A stretch of 64,000 nt of DNA from Felis catus (Eukaryota): assembly GCF_018350175.1 (NCBI RefSeq), contig NC_058368.1, forward strand, positions 84,260,001 to 84,324,000, given 5' to 3'. Shown here in pieces: positions 47,835 through 59,872 of the stretch (positions are counted from its first letter, which is position 1; every line of letters begins with the position of its first letter). A program made the position numbers and the translations under genes. Under the pieces are notes generated by a model. It made no database searches, was not told where the DNA came from, and was given only the letters and a program-made list of their open reading frames with translations.

Positions 47835-49399
47835 CTTGTAAGAGAGAAATCATTAGGTGCAGCCATCCAACTGGAGACTATGCACGTGTAATGTATAGTC
47901 CATGGACAATGTGATGCAACTACAAATGGGTGGCTAGTAGCTGGGGTATAGCATAGTGTCAGGGCATGGGAAGAAGGACTGTGAGACAGGCACAGGCAGA
48001 AGGAAAAAGGTGAGGAACTGAGTGTCCATGTTTCCCCTGGGAATGGTGAGCTCTGCAATGTGGGTTTCTGCATTGCTCTGCAATGTGAGCAGTATTTTAT
48101 ACTGCTATTTTCACAGTGCCTGGGCAAAATAGACATTAAGGCAAATACATATCGAACAGAATAATAAGCTTTTCTATCTGAGCAAGATTTTTGAAATCAA
48201 TTTATTGATTCATTTTCTTCTCAAGATAAGTAAGTGCCCACAACCACAAACTTGGGAGGGGAAATGCTAGAAGGAGCTTGTGCTTTTACCTCCTGACTTT
48301 TTCTGCCCACTGTATGGTCCTGACACATTTATATCATAAATGTTATCTTTAGGTAGAGCTGAACAGGATGTGGAAATTTCCAGAAGTCCCAAGAGAGTGT
48401 TAAGAGTTGTTCCTGACTCAGGATCTGTGTACTGCAAGGGGAGAATTTTCAAGTGAAACTGGGAGATGAACTAAGATTCAGACTGGGTTCACTGGGCAGA
48501 AATGAACAAAAGATGTTTGGCCCCTGCCCACCATCCAGGGTGTCAAGAGTATAAGGACATTCACATTAAGAAATATTGCATACTCTATTTATGACCACTC
48601 AAGGATCTTTATATCCACAGATGTCTCCTTCCTGGGAGATGGGAAGCCAAGGTCCCCTCTGCTCTGATAACAGCCAGTATGATGGGCTATAGCCATAGAA
48701 GAATCCCTAGAATCTGTAACTTTTTTCATGCCACCACCTATCCAAGAGTGGGCAGAGAGGCTCAAGATAGAGAATGAGCAGGCATAGCCAACTCAAATGT
48801 CTCCTGGAGTCCAGAGCTGGGCTCCTAACTGTAACCTCTTAAACTTGATTTCATTCACTAGGACCAACATAGAAGTGATGTGTATGATGACAATTAGGAC
48901 TGGACTTAGGTGACAGACCAGGGTGGGAGTGCTACAAGTTAGTGATGGGGAAAGGTCATCATGAATGTGTCAGTGGCTGAGGAGGAGACTGTGCATGTGT
49001 ATGTGAGTCACCTGCCATCTTCTGTTTCTGGAAAACAGTTGAAAGAACCTTTCTTCCTACAATCATCCTTTCCCACATACATAATTACACCTTTCCTCAT
49101 GATGTAATGGTAGTGAATCTGGCTCCATAATTGTAACAGGAAAGTGAAGGGGGGGTAGTAATTCTGAACTTAAATATAATCAACATGTCTTGGCTCCAAC
49201 AAGCTCTGGGTACACCTGAGACCAAATTAAAGTGGCATTCTTGTGACAGTTCCACTTTTCACACATTAGTATGAAAAGCTTTGCAGACCAGTAAACTATT
49301 GAAAAAATAATAATAATAATGATTAAGTCAGCAAATTTTCCTGCAGTAAATGAAGAAAGAGTTACTCAGGAAATTCTGAGTTTGTAAATTGTTTATAAA

Positions 49400-49900
49400 A
49401 ACAGTTCAAACATTATTTGAACCAAGATCCAGTCCTTGCTCCTATCCTAGCTCAACAAGATGGAAATTCCACTCCCAACTGGTACAGCCAAAAACACAGG
49501 GCTCCTTCTCACTCCTGCCTCTAGTCAGAGGGCTTTCTTCCTGAGAGAGACAGAAATCAGCACAAGGGCCATGGCAGACATTTTTCCAATGGAAATTTCA
49601 AAGCAGACCATAGAACAGAGATGTCCAAATTTCTCTCCAAAGAAACTGACTTCTTTTGCAACAGATTGTGAAAAATGGTCAAACCTAAGAAAGCTCTAAA
49701 ACTGGTGAAGGTTGTGGTGAAAAGCAGTTGGGAATTAATTGATGGGTTCACTGGAGATATAAGCTAAACTTTAGGCCAGTTAGTTTGCCAGAGAGAAATA
49801 GGAAAACAGAACAATGAAGAATCTTCTCGGGGTAAAAACAAATTTCAGACACCAACTTTGTGACTTATCCCTTCAAAGGAGCCTGAATTTGGTCTGTTTG
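49400..49900 (+). mobile_element. Possible ancient L1M 5'-region fragment
   Basis: CTCTCCAAAGAAACTGACTT...GGTTGTGGTGAAAAGCAGTTGGGA resembles old L1 5' sequence; weak. Confidence 0.35.
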
Positions 49901-50084
49901 GGAACAAGTGGTTGGGGAGAGTTTTTTCTCAAATATTGCACTTCTACAATTTCCAAGGGCAGACAATGATTCATAATGACTAACACTAACAACATCTTAA
50001 GACCAGGTCCATGAGACATGACTTAATAAATAGATGAGAATGATGTTTAACTTACATATCAATTATTGAGAATTGAGTGCCCCT

Positions 50085-50568
50085 CCATAAATCAATGGCA
50101 TAGAATAGAAGTCCAGAAATAAACACACATTTATAGGGTCAATTACTCTTGAACAAAGGAAGAAAGAATATACAATAGGAAAAAAGACAGTCTCTTCAAA
50201 AAAATGGTGTTGGGAGAAATAGATAGCTACATGCAAAAAAATGAAAGTGGACCACTGGCTTACACCATACAAAAAAACAAACTCAAAATGGGGTAAAGAC
50301 CTAAAATGTGAGACTTGAAACTATAAAAATCCTAGAAGAGAGCACAGGCAGTAATTTCTCTAACATAGGACATAGCAACTTTTTTCTAGATATGTCTCCT
50401 GAGGCAGGGATAACAAAAATAAACTATTGAAACTTTATCAAAATAAAAAGCTTCTATGCAGAGAAGGAAACAATCAACAAAAATAAAAGGCAACCTATAG
50501 AATTAGAGAAGATATTTGAAAATTATATCTCTGTTAAAAGGTTAGTATCCAAAATATATCAGAAACTT
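50085..50568 (+). mobile_element. LINE-1 ORF2 fragment
   Basis: Decayed DQWNRIE...GLVSKIY region. Confidence 0.85.
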
Positions 50569-53500
50569 GGAGGAGGGGCCAACATGGCAGAGAAGTAGGG
50601 GGACCCGAAGTTCCCTCATCCCTCAAAGAAGTGTTGAAGCCAAAGGACTTTGAACCCCAAGAGTCCAGGAGGAAAAGAGACAGAGTCTCTTCTAGGGACC
50701 CACTGGGAAAACCTGGTGGGCCATAGGTGTGTGATTGTGAACTGGGAGAGATAAAACAAATGGAGGAGGGATCCTCTTCTGCAGAGAGACAAAGGGAAGA
50801 GAAAGAGAGGCTGGGGAAGCATAAGACTGTATCTGGACAATAGAAAAACCTTGGACCAGGACAGAGAAAGATACAATCTCCAACTGAGGGGCTTTCTCCA
50901 GACTGGGGCCAGCTGTCCTGATCGTGCACTTGGGGAGAAAGGGAGCCAGCCCCAGGCTTAGGGGCTAAGTCAGGGTCACTACTCCACAGTAGGAGAAAGT
51001 GATCCCCTCCCCGGAGTGCTGTGGGACAGGACAAAGCCTGTGTGTGTCCGCCATCCAGAGACCACATATCGGACACGTAGAGCGAGAGTTTGAATCCCAG
51101 ACAAGTGCTGGGGCACGGGAGTCAACAGAGCAAGACAAACTGCCTCATTTGCACCTCTGGCACAGTGAGGACAGCTCAAACAGAGTGGTTTGGGACTCCT
51201 GGAATGTGGAGGAGAGACTGGGGTGTTGCCATTTTTCTCCCCAGCACCACCAAGGTGGGACCTCAGGGATCAGACAGCAAGGCTACAGTGAAGATGGGAC
51301 CTTCCTACAAGACAACAGGACCCTCTGAGCCTGGTAACTGAATATCTACAGGAGCAGGATTGATGCTGATAAACTAGATGGTCCCTCCTACAGACCAGCA
51401 CTATTGCATTGCTTGGTTTAATTCTCAGACAATTCTTATTATGTAGATATATTCTTCCTTCCTTTTCTCCTTCTTAACTCTTCCTTCCTATAGTCTGGTT
51501 ACTCTGGTTCTTGGCTTGTTTAAACAGACATATTTAATCCATTCTCTTGATACATGTTCTACCCCTCCTTCTTTATTGTCCTTTCTCTTTCTCTGGAATA
51601 ACTAATTCATATAGTTTCTCTGTCTGGACAATGTTATCTTCCTTTCTTTTCCCCACCTCTCACTTTATTTTCCTTTCTCTTTCTCTGGATTAAGCTGTAT
51701 AGTTTCTCTGCCTGGTCAATGTTTATTTTTTCTTCTCCACCCACCCTGTACTTGTCATTTCTCTCTTTGTATGGGATAAGGCCCCTTCTGTCAGTACTGC
51801 CATCACCCTGTTGTTTACTTGTAGCTGGTGTTTCTGGTTTTCTGGTTTTTTTTGTTTGTTTGTTCATTTGTTTTAATATGTGTGTTTGCATGTTTTTGTT
51901 TTCTGTTTGTTTTTTGTTTGTCTCTTTTCCTTTCCAGGGTTACTTCAATGAACAATTCAAAGCACACATGAAGGAGGGTCCAAAACATCACTACAAGTAG
52001 GGAGATAAAGTAACCAAAGTTACAACAACAAAGTGCAAGTAACCCTCTCCAAAAAACACCTCCTTAAGGGCCAGGCCCTGAACAGTGTATGTCCCCACTT
52101 TAATATAGTAGTGCTTGCAGGTTCAGGGCACATAACAAGCTTTTAAAACACATCAGGGACAGAAAACTAGCAAAAATGAAGAAATGGAAGAATTCTCTTC
52201 AAAAGAAATTGCAGAAAGAAATGACAGCTAAAGAATTGATCAAAACAGATATAAACAATATAACTGAACAAGAATTTAGATTAATACTCATAAGATTAAT
52301 AGCTGGGCTTGAAAAAAGCATACAGGACAGCAAAGAATCTACAGCTGCAGAGATCAAGAAACTAAAAAATAGTCATAATGAATTAAAAATGCTATAAATG
52401 AGGTGAGAAATAAAATAGCAGTGGTCACAGTGAGGACTGAAGAGGCAGAGGAGACAATAGGTGAATTAGAAGATAAAATTATGGAAAAAGAGGAAGCTGA
52501 GAAAAGATTTAAAAAAATCTAGGATCACAAGGGGAGAATTAGAGAACTAAGTAATTCAATGAAACAGAACAATATCTGTATCATAGGAGTTCCAGAAGAA
52601 GAAGAGAGAGAGAGAAAGGGGCTTAAGGTGTACTGGAACAATTCATAGCTGAGAACTTCCCCAATTTGTGGGAGGAAACAGACATTGAAATCTGGGAGGC
52701 ACAGAGAACTCCCTTCAGACGTAATTTGAATCAATCTTCTGCATGACGTATCATAGTGAAACTGGCAAAATTCAAAAATAAAGAGAGAATTCTGAAAGCA
52801 GATAGGGATAAACAGGCCTTAACATACAAGGGTAGACATATCCAGGTTGTAGCAGACCTATCTACTGAAACTTGGCAGGCCAGAAAGGAACGGCAGGAAA
52901 TTTTAAATGTGATGAACATGAAAAAATATACAACCAAGAATCCTTTATCCAGCAAGCCTGTCATTCAGAATAGACAAATAAATGTTTTCCCAAACAAACA
53001 AAAACTGTAGGAATTCATCACCACTAAACCAGCCCTACAAGAGATCCTAAGGGGGATTCTGTGAGTGAAATGTTGCAAGGAGCACAAAGGACCAGACATC
53101 ACTACAACATGAAACCTACTGATAACACATAACTCTAAACCCATATCTTTCAATAAAAACACTGAATGTAAATGGACTAAATGCTCCAATCAAAAGACAT
53201 AGGGTAACAGAATGGATAAAAAGACAAGACCCATCTATTTGATATCTACAAGAAACACATTTCAAACCTGAGGACACCTTCAGAGTGAAAGTGAGGGGAT
53301 GGAGAACTATCTATCATGCTACTGGGAGTCAAAAGAAAGCTGGAGTAGCCATACTTATATCAGACAAACTAGATCTGAAACTAAAGGCTGTAACAAGAGA
53401 TGAAGAAGGGCATTATATCATAATTACTGGGTCTACTCATCAAGAAGAGTTAACAATTATAAATGTCTATGCACCACATTCATAAGCACCCAAATATATA

Positions 53501-55030
53501 AAACAATAAATCACAAACATAAGCAATCTTATTGGTAAGAATGTGGTAAATGCAGGGGACTTTAATATTCCACTTACAACATTGGACAGATCATATAGAT
53601 AGAAAATCAATAAAGAAACAATGGCCCTGAATGATACACTGGCCCAGAGGGACTTGACAGATATATTTAGAACTTTTCATCCTAAAGCAGTAGAATATAC
53701 ATTACTCTCGAGTGCGTGTGGAACATTCTCCAAGATAGATCATATATTGTGTCACAAAACAACCCTCAATAAATTTAAAAGAATTGAGATCATACCATGC
53801 ACATTTTTAGATCATAATGCTATCAAAGTTGAAATGAACCACAAGAAAAAGTTTGGAAAACCTCAATGCATGGAGGTTAAAAAATATCCTATTAAATAAT
53901 TAATGGGTCAACCGTGCAATTAAAGAAGAAATTAAAACATATATGGAAACAAATATGAAAATGAAACAAATATGAAAATGAAAACATGACACTCTAAACA
54001 CTTTGGGATGCAGCAAAGGCAGTCCTAAGAGGAAAATATATTGCAATCCAGGCGTATCTCAAGAAACAAGAAAAATCCCAGATGCAAAATCTAACAGCAC
54101 ACCTAAAGGAAATAGAAGCAGAATAGCAAAGACACTCCAAACCCAGCAGAAGAAGATAAATAATAAAGATCAGAACAGAAATAAACAATATAGAATCTAA
54201 AAAAACAAACTACACAGCAGATCAATGAAACCAAGAGTTGTTTTTTTGAAAAATAAACAAAATTGATAAGCCTCTAGCCAGGCTTCTCAAAAAGAATAGG
54301 GAGATGACACAAATAGATAAAATCACAAATGAAAATGGAATTATTTCAACCAATCCCTCAGAAATACAAGCAATTATCAGGGAATACTATGAAAAATTGT
54401 ATGCCAACAGACTCTACAATGTGGAAGAAATGGACAAATTCCTAAACACCCACACACTACTGAAAATCAAACGTGAAGAAATAGAAAATTTGAACACACC
54501 CATAACTAGTGAAGAAATTGAATCAGTTATCAAAAATCTCCCAACGAGTAAGAGCTTTGGACCAGATAGCTTCCCTGGGAAATTCTACCAGATAATTAAA
54601 TTAGAGTTAATACCCATCCTTCTCAAGCTGTTCCAAGCAATAGAAATAGAAGGAAAACTTTCAGACTCATTCTATGAAGCCAGCATTACCTTGATTCCCA
54701 GAACAGACAGAAACCACCCCCCCCCCAAAAAATGATAACTACAGGCCAACATCCCTGATAAAAATGCAAAAATTCTCAACAAGATACTAACAAAGGGAAT
54801 TAAACAGCATATAAAAAGAATTATTCACCATGATCAAGTGGGATTCATTCTTGGGCAGCAGGGCTGATTCAATACTTGCACATCAATCAATGTGATACAT
54901 TACATTTATAAAGTAAAGGAGAATACCCATATAATCCTGTCGATTGATGCAGAAAAAGCATTTGACAAAATACAACATCCTTTCTTTGTAGAAACCCTCA
55001 AGAAAGTCAGGATAGAAGGAATTCTATCTT
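50569..55030 (+). mobile_element. LINE-1 with complete 5' end, truncated in the RT region
   Basis: Long 5'UTR, ORF1 remnant from 52176, ORF2 fragments 53285-54735; stops after the KTLKKV-IEG-like segment. Confidence 0.92.

Positions 55031-55033
<3 letters not shown>

Positions 55034-55099
<66 letters not shown>
55034..55099. repeat. (AC)19(GT)14 spacerless palindrome
   Basis: Centre of symmetry between 55071 and 55072. Confidence 0.95.
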
Positions 55100-55103
<4 letters not shown>

Positions 55104-55104
55104 A

Positions 55105-55569
55105 AAGTATATTTACTTTAAGAGTAATTATTGATAGATATGTATTTTTGTGGTTGTTTCTGAAGACGTTTCTTTGTTCCTTGCTCATCCTTCTCTCTTT
55201 CATGGTAAGCCGATTTTTTTAATAATATTTTTTGATATCTTTTCCTTATTCTTTGCATGTTTGTTAATAGTTCTTGATATATGGTTACCATTAAGTTGGC
55301 ATACAACACTTGTGCATACAATCTATATTAGGTTGATTGTCTTTTAAGTTTGAATACATTCTTTTTTCTCTCCTCCCCATGTTTTAGGTATATATTATTA
55401 TATTTTATATCCCTTTTTTGTGAGTTCCTTGACTTTTTTTTTACAGAAATATTCATTTTATTGATTTTGTTTTTCCTATCTTTATATTGTCACTTTTGGT
55501 TTCTCATTTCCACTCAGAAAGTCCCTGTTAATATTATTTGCAAGGCTGGTTTATGGGTCACAAACACCT

Positions 55570-55610
<41 letters not shown>

Positions 55611-57649
55611 ATCTATCTAGCCTGGGATACTCTTTATCTCTCCTTCTATTCTGAATTAGAGCCTTACTGGATAGAATATTCTTGGCTGCAGATTTTTGCT
55701 ATTCAGCATTTTGAATATATCATGGCACTCCCTTCTAGCTTAAAAAAATTATGTTGAAAAGTCTCCTGATATCCTTATGGGGCAGTTCCCTTGTATACTA
55801 TTGTCTCCTTTTGTCATGCTGCTTTTAATATTTGTTCTTTATCACCACATTTTGTCACACCAATTACAATATGTTTTGGTGTGGCTCTGCTTTTGTTGAT
55901 TTTGTTGGGGATTCTCTGTGCCTTTTGGATCTGGATATGTGTTTCATTCCCCAGATTGGGGAAATTGTCAGTCATTATCTGTTCAAATAAATTATCTTCC
56001 CTCTTTTTTCTCTCTTCTTCTTCTGGGTCTTCTATAATACAAATGTTATTACATTTGATGGAGTCACTGAGTTCCTTAAGTTTATTCTCATTTTGTATAA
56101 TTCTTTTTTCTTTTTTTTTTCAGCTTGATTCCCTTCCATTACTCTGTCTTCTAGGCCACTAATTTGTTCCTCTGCTTCTTGCAGCTTGCCGTTCATTCCT
56201 TCAAGTGTGTTTCCCATTTTGTTTATTGAGCCTTATTTCTGTGTTAAGGGTCTCACTCATGTCTTCCACTCTTTTCTCAAGTCCGGTGAGTATCCTTATG
56301 ATCATTGCTTTAAAATCTGTTTTGCTTAGCTCTATGTCCATGGCCTTGTCCTATTGTTTCATTTGGAATACATTTCTTTGTCTCTTCATTTTGTCTGCCT
56401 TTCTGTGTTTGTTTCTCTGTGTTAGTAAATTCAGCTGTCTTCTGCTCTTGGGAGTAGTGACTTTATGAAGAGGAGGTCCTGGAGTGCCCTGCAGTGCAAT
56501 GTTCCCTGTACACCAGAACCTGGCACTTCAGAAGAGTATCCTGTGCATATTGCTTACACCCTGCTGCTGTGTCGGAGTCACTTTTCCTTTCAGTATAGTC
56601 ATCTGTAGTGTCTCTTTGCCCGTTTTGGTCTGTGCTTACTCTCTGTGGTGTCAGTGGGACCCAGGAAGGCCAGTTCTGGGAGGGCATGTCCACTAGGGAG
56701 CTTGGGAGCAGGGCGGCATTGTTAGTCAAATTTGTTGGGCCACTAGTCCTACGCTGGATTCCTGGAAGCACTGCAGTGACTAGGGCCTGCACCCCAGGTG
56801 GCCAGGGTGTGAGGCTGCAGGCAATGACAGCAGGGCATAGCTGCATGCAGCACAATGGCAGCAGTGCACCCTTCATCTGGGCATAGTATGCAATGGTGGC
56901 TAGGGGCATGTGCACCTGGGTGTTGCGCTACAGTTGGGCTGAGCACGAGATGGCAGCTATTCACCCGGTGGCTGGGTGGGTGTTCATGCAGCTTTAAGAA
57001 ACATGTTTTTGAGCTCTGGGTTGAGGATACAAATGTCTGTGCAGCCCTACCTCCTGCAGGTGGCTTTGTGTTTATGCTGAGTGTGTGGTAGGAAAATGGC
57101 TCTTGCCAGCTCCCTCATTTTCAAAGATGTCCCCCAACATGCTTCAAAATCAGTATGAACAGACCTGTTTCCTGTTTGCCCCTGACATTGTATAAGCTTC
57201 TCCTTTTATGTTGCCCTTCCATCAGGCGACTGTCTCTTTAGTGGCAGTGGTCCAGCTATCACTGGCCCTCCCAGCTTGCCCAGTGCTGAGTCAGCTGACT
57301 TTTAAAGCTCCAGGTTCCAAGTCCCACTGGCTTACAAATTCACAATTTCAGTCTCTTTGGTTTTTGAAGCCAAATGTTATGGGGATTAGTCTTCCTCATG
57401 TGAATTCCCTGGTGCGAGGCCCCATTACTCTGTTTTCTTCATGTGCACAGCTCCCTCCCTTTGTGGGTAGCCTCCCTCTGTATTTCTGACCTTCCTAAGT
57501 TTCAAATGCAGCTTTGTCTCTATATTTAGTTGTGGAATTTGTTCTCCAATCTCAAGATTGCTCCTCAGTTTATTGATTTGGAGGTAGGTGCTATCTTGTA
57601 AATGTGGAATTGTGTGAGCTCAGGGTCCTCCTACCCTGCCATTTTCCCC
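55105..57649 (-). mobile_element. Older LINE-1 5' portion (5'UTR, ORF1, inter-ORF region); 3' part missing
   Basis: 5' end reverse complement GGGGAAAATGGCAGGGTAGGAGGACCCTGAGCTCAC; ORF1 remnant LQEAEEQISGLEDRVME. Confidence 0.85.
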
Positions 57650-57716
57650 ATAGTATCAGATGTATTGACTCTATCTCACAGTATTTAATTATTATTAATG
57701 TTACATACTAGTATTT

Positions 57717-57927
57717 CTTTTTAAAGTTTATTTATTTATTTTGAGAGAGAGAGAGAGAGAGAACCTGAGTGGGGGGAGGGACAAGAGGGAGAGAGACAGA
57801 GAATTGAAGAAGGCTCTGCACTGTCAGCACAGAGCCTGATATGGGGCTTGAACTTACAAAACCGTGAGATCATGACCTGAGCAGAAATCAAGAATCAGAC
57901 ACTTAACTGACTGAGCTATCAAGGCAT
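57717..57927 (-). mobile_element. Older Can-SINE
   Basis: Reverse SINE body; TAGTATTT on both flanks. Confidence 0.88.
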
Positions 57928-58150
57928 CAACATCATAGTATTTAACTTATGAAATATAAGGAAGAAGAGAAAACATCACCCAAGGACTTTGCATCCTCCC
58001 CTGAGGAAAGGTCTTTCCATTTTCAGTTGTACGTGGAATACTTGTATCATGTCAGATAGAACTATGATCTTGTTATTGCTTTTATTTGAAGATTAGGAAT
58101 AAAGATAAAAAGACATGTATGAGTACAAGTTGACATGGGGTGGAGATGTG

Positions 58151-58151
<1 letters not shown>

Positions 58152-58192
<41 letters not shown>

Positions 58193-59872
58193 ATCAAATT
58201 GGCTTACATACAACATCTAGCACTCATCCCAACAAGTGCCCTCCTCCCTGCCAATCACCCACTTTCCCCTCTCCCCCACCCTCCATCTACCCTTAGTTTG
58301 TTCTCAGTCCTTAAGAATCTCTTATGGTTTGCCTCCCTCCCTCTATAACTTTTTTTTTTCCCTTCCCCTCCCCCATGGTCCTCTGTTAAGTTTCTCAGGA
58401 TCCACATAAGAGTGAAAACATATGGTATCTGTCTTTCTCTGTATGACTTATTTCACTTAGCATAACACTCTCCAGTTCCATCCACGTTGCTACAAAAGGC
58501 CATCTTTCATTCTTTCTCATTGCCAAGTAGTATTCCATTGTGTATATGAACCACAACTTCTTTATCCATTCATCAGTTGATGGACATTTAGACTCTTCCA
58601 ATAATTTGGCTATTGTTGAAAGTGCTGCTATAAACATTGGGGTACAAGTGCCCCTATGCATCAGCACTTCTGCATCCCTTGGGGAAAATCCTACCAGTGC
58701 TATTGCTGGGTCATAGGGTACATCTATTTTTAATTTTTTGAGGAACCCCCACACTGTTTTCCAGAGCGGCTGCACCAGTTTGCATTCCCACCAACAGTGT
58801 AAGAGGGTTCCCATTCTTCCACATCCTCTCCAGCATCTATAGTCTCCTGATTTGTTCATTTTAGCCACTCTGACTGGCGTGAGGTGATATCTCAGTGTAG
58901 TTTTGATTTGTATTTCCCTGATGAGGAGTGATGTTGAGTATCTTTTCATGTTCCTGTTGGCCATCTGGATGTTTTCTTTGGAGAAGTGTCTATCCATGTT
59001 TTCTGCCCATTTCTTCACTGGATTATTTGTTGTTTGGATGTGGAGATTGGTGAGTTGTTTAGAGATTTTGGATACTAGCCCTTTGTCTGATATGTCATTT
59101 GTAAATATGTTTTCCAATTCTGTTGGTTGCCTTTCAGTTTTATTGTTTCCTTTGCAGTGCAGAAGCTTTTTATCTTCATAAGGTCCCAATAGTTCATTTT
59201 TGCTTTTAATTCCCTTGCCTTTGGAGATGTATCAAGTAAGAAATTGCTGTGGCTGAGGTCAGAGAGGTTTTTTCCTGCTTTCTCCTCTAGGGTTTTGATG
59301 GTTTCCTGTCTCACATTCAGGTCCTTTATCCATTTTGAGTTTAATTTTGTGAATGGTGTAAGAAAGTGGTCTAGTTTCACTCTTCTGCATGTTGTTGTCC
59401 AGTTCTCCCAGCACCATTTGTTAAAGAAACTGTCTTTTTTCCATTGGATATTCTTTCCTGCTTTGCCAAAGATTAGTTGGCCATACATTTGTGGGTCCAA
59501 TTCTGGGGTCTCTATTCTATTCCATTGGTCTATGTGTCTGTTTTTGTGCCAATACCATACTGTCTTGATGATTACAGCTTTGTAGGAGAGGCTAAAGTCT
59601 GGGATTGTGATGCTTCCCGCTTTGGTCTTCTTCTTCAATATTACTTTGGCTATTCAAGGTCTTTTGTGGTGCCATACAAATTTTAGGATTGCTTGTTCTA
59701 GCTCCAAGAAGTATTCTGGTGCAATTTTGATTGAGATTGCATTGAATGTGTAGATTGCTTTGGGTAGTATTGACATTTTAACAATATTTATTCTTCCAAT
59801 CCATGAGCATGGAATGTTTTTCCATTTCTTTGTATCTTCTTCAGTTTCCTTCATATGCTTTCTATGGTTTTC
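58152..59872 (-). mobile_element. 5'-truncated felid LINE-1 with (TATC)n at its 3' end
   Basis: ORF2 C-terminal ORFs 58395-59189, 59075-59638 and 59654-59854. Confidence 0.95.

Noticed and set aside
14115..57927. tRNA genes
   Set aside because: The tRNA-like A/B boxes are heads of Can-SINEs with tails and TSDs.
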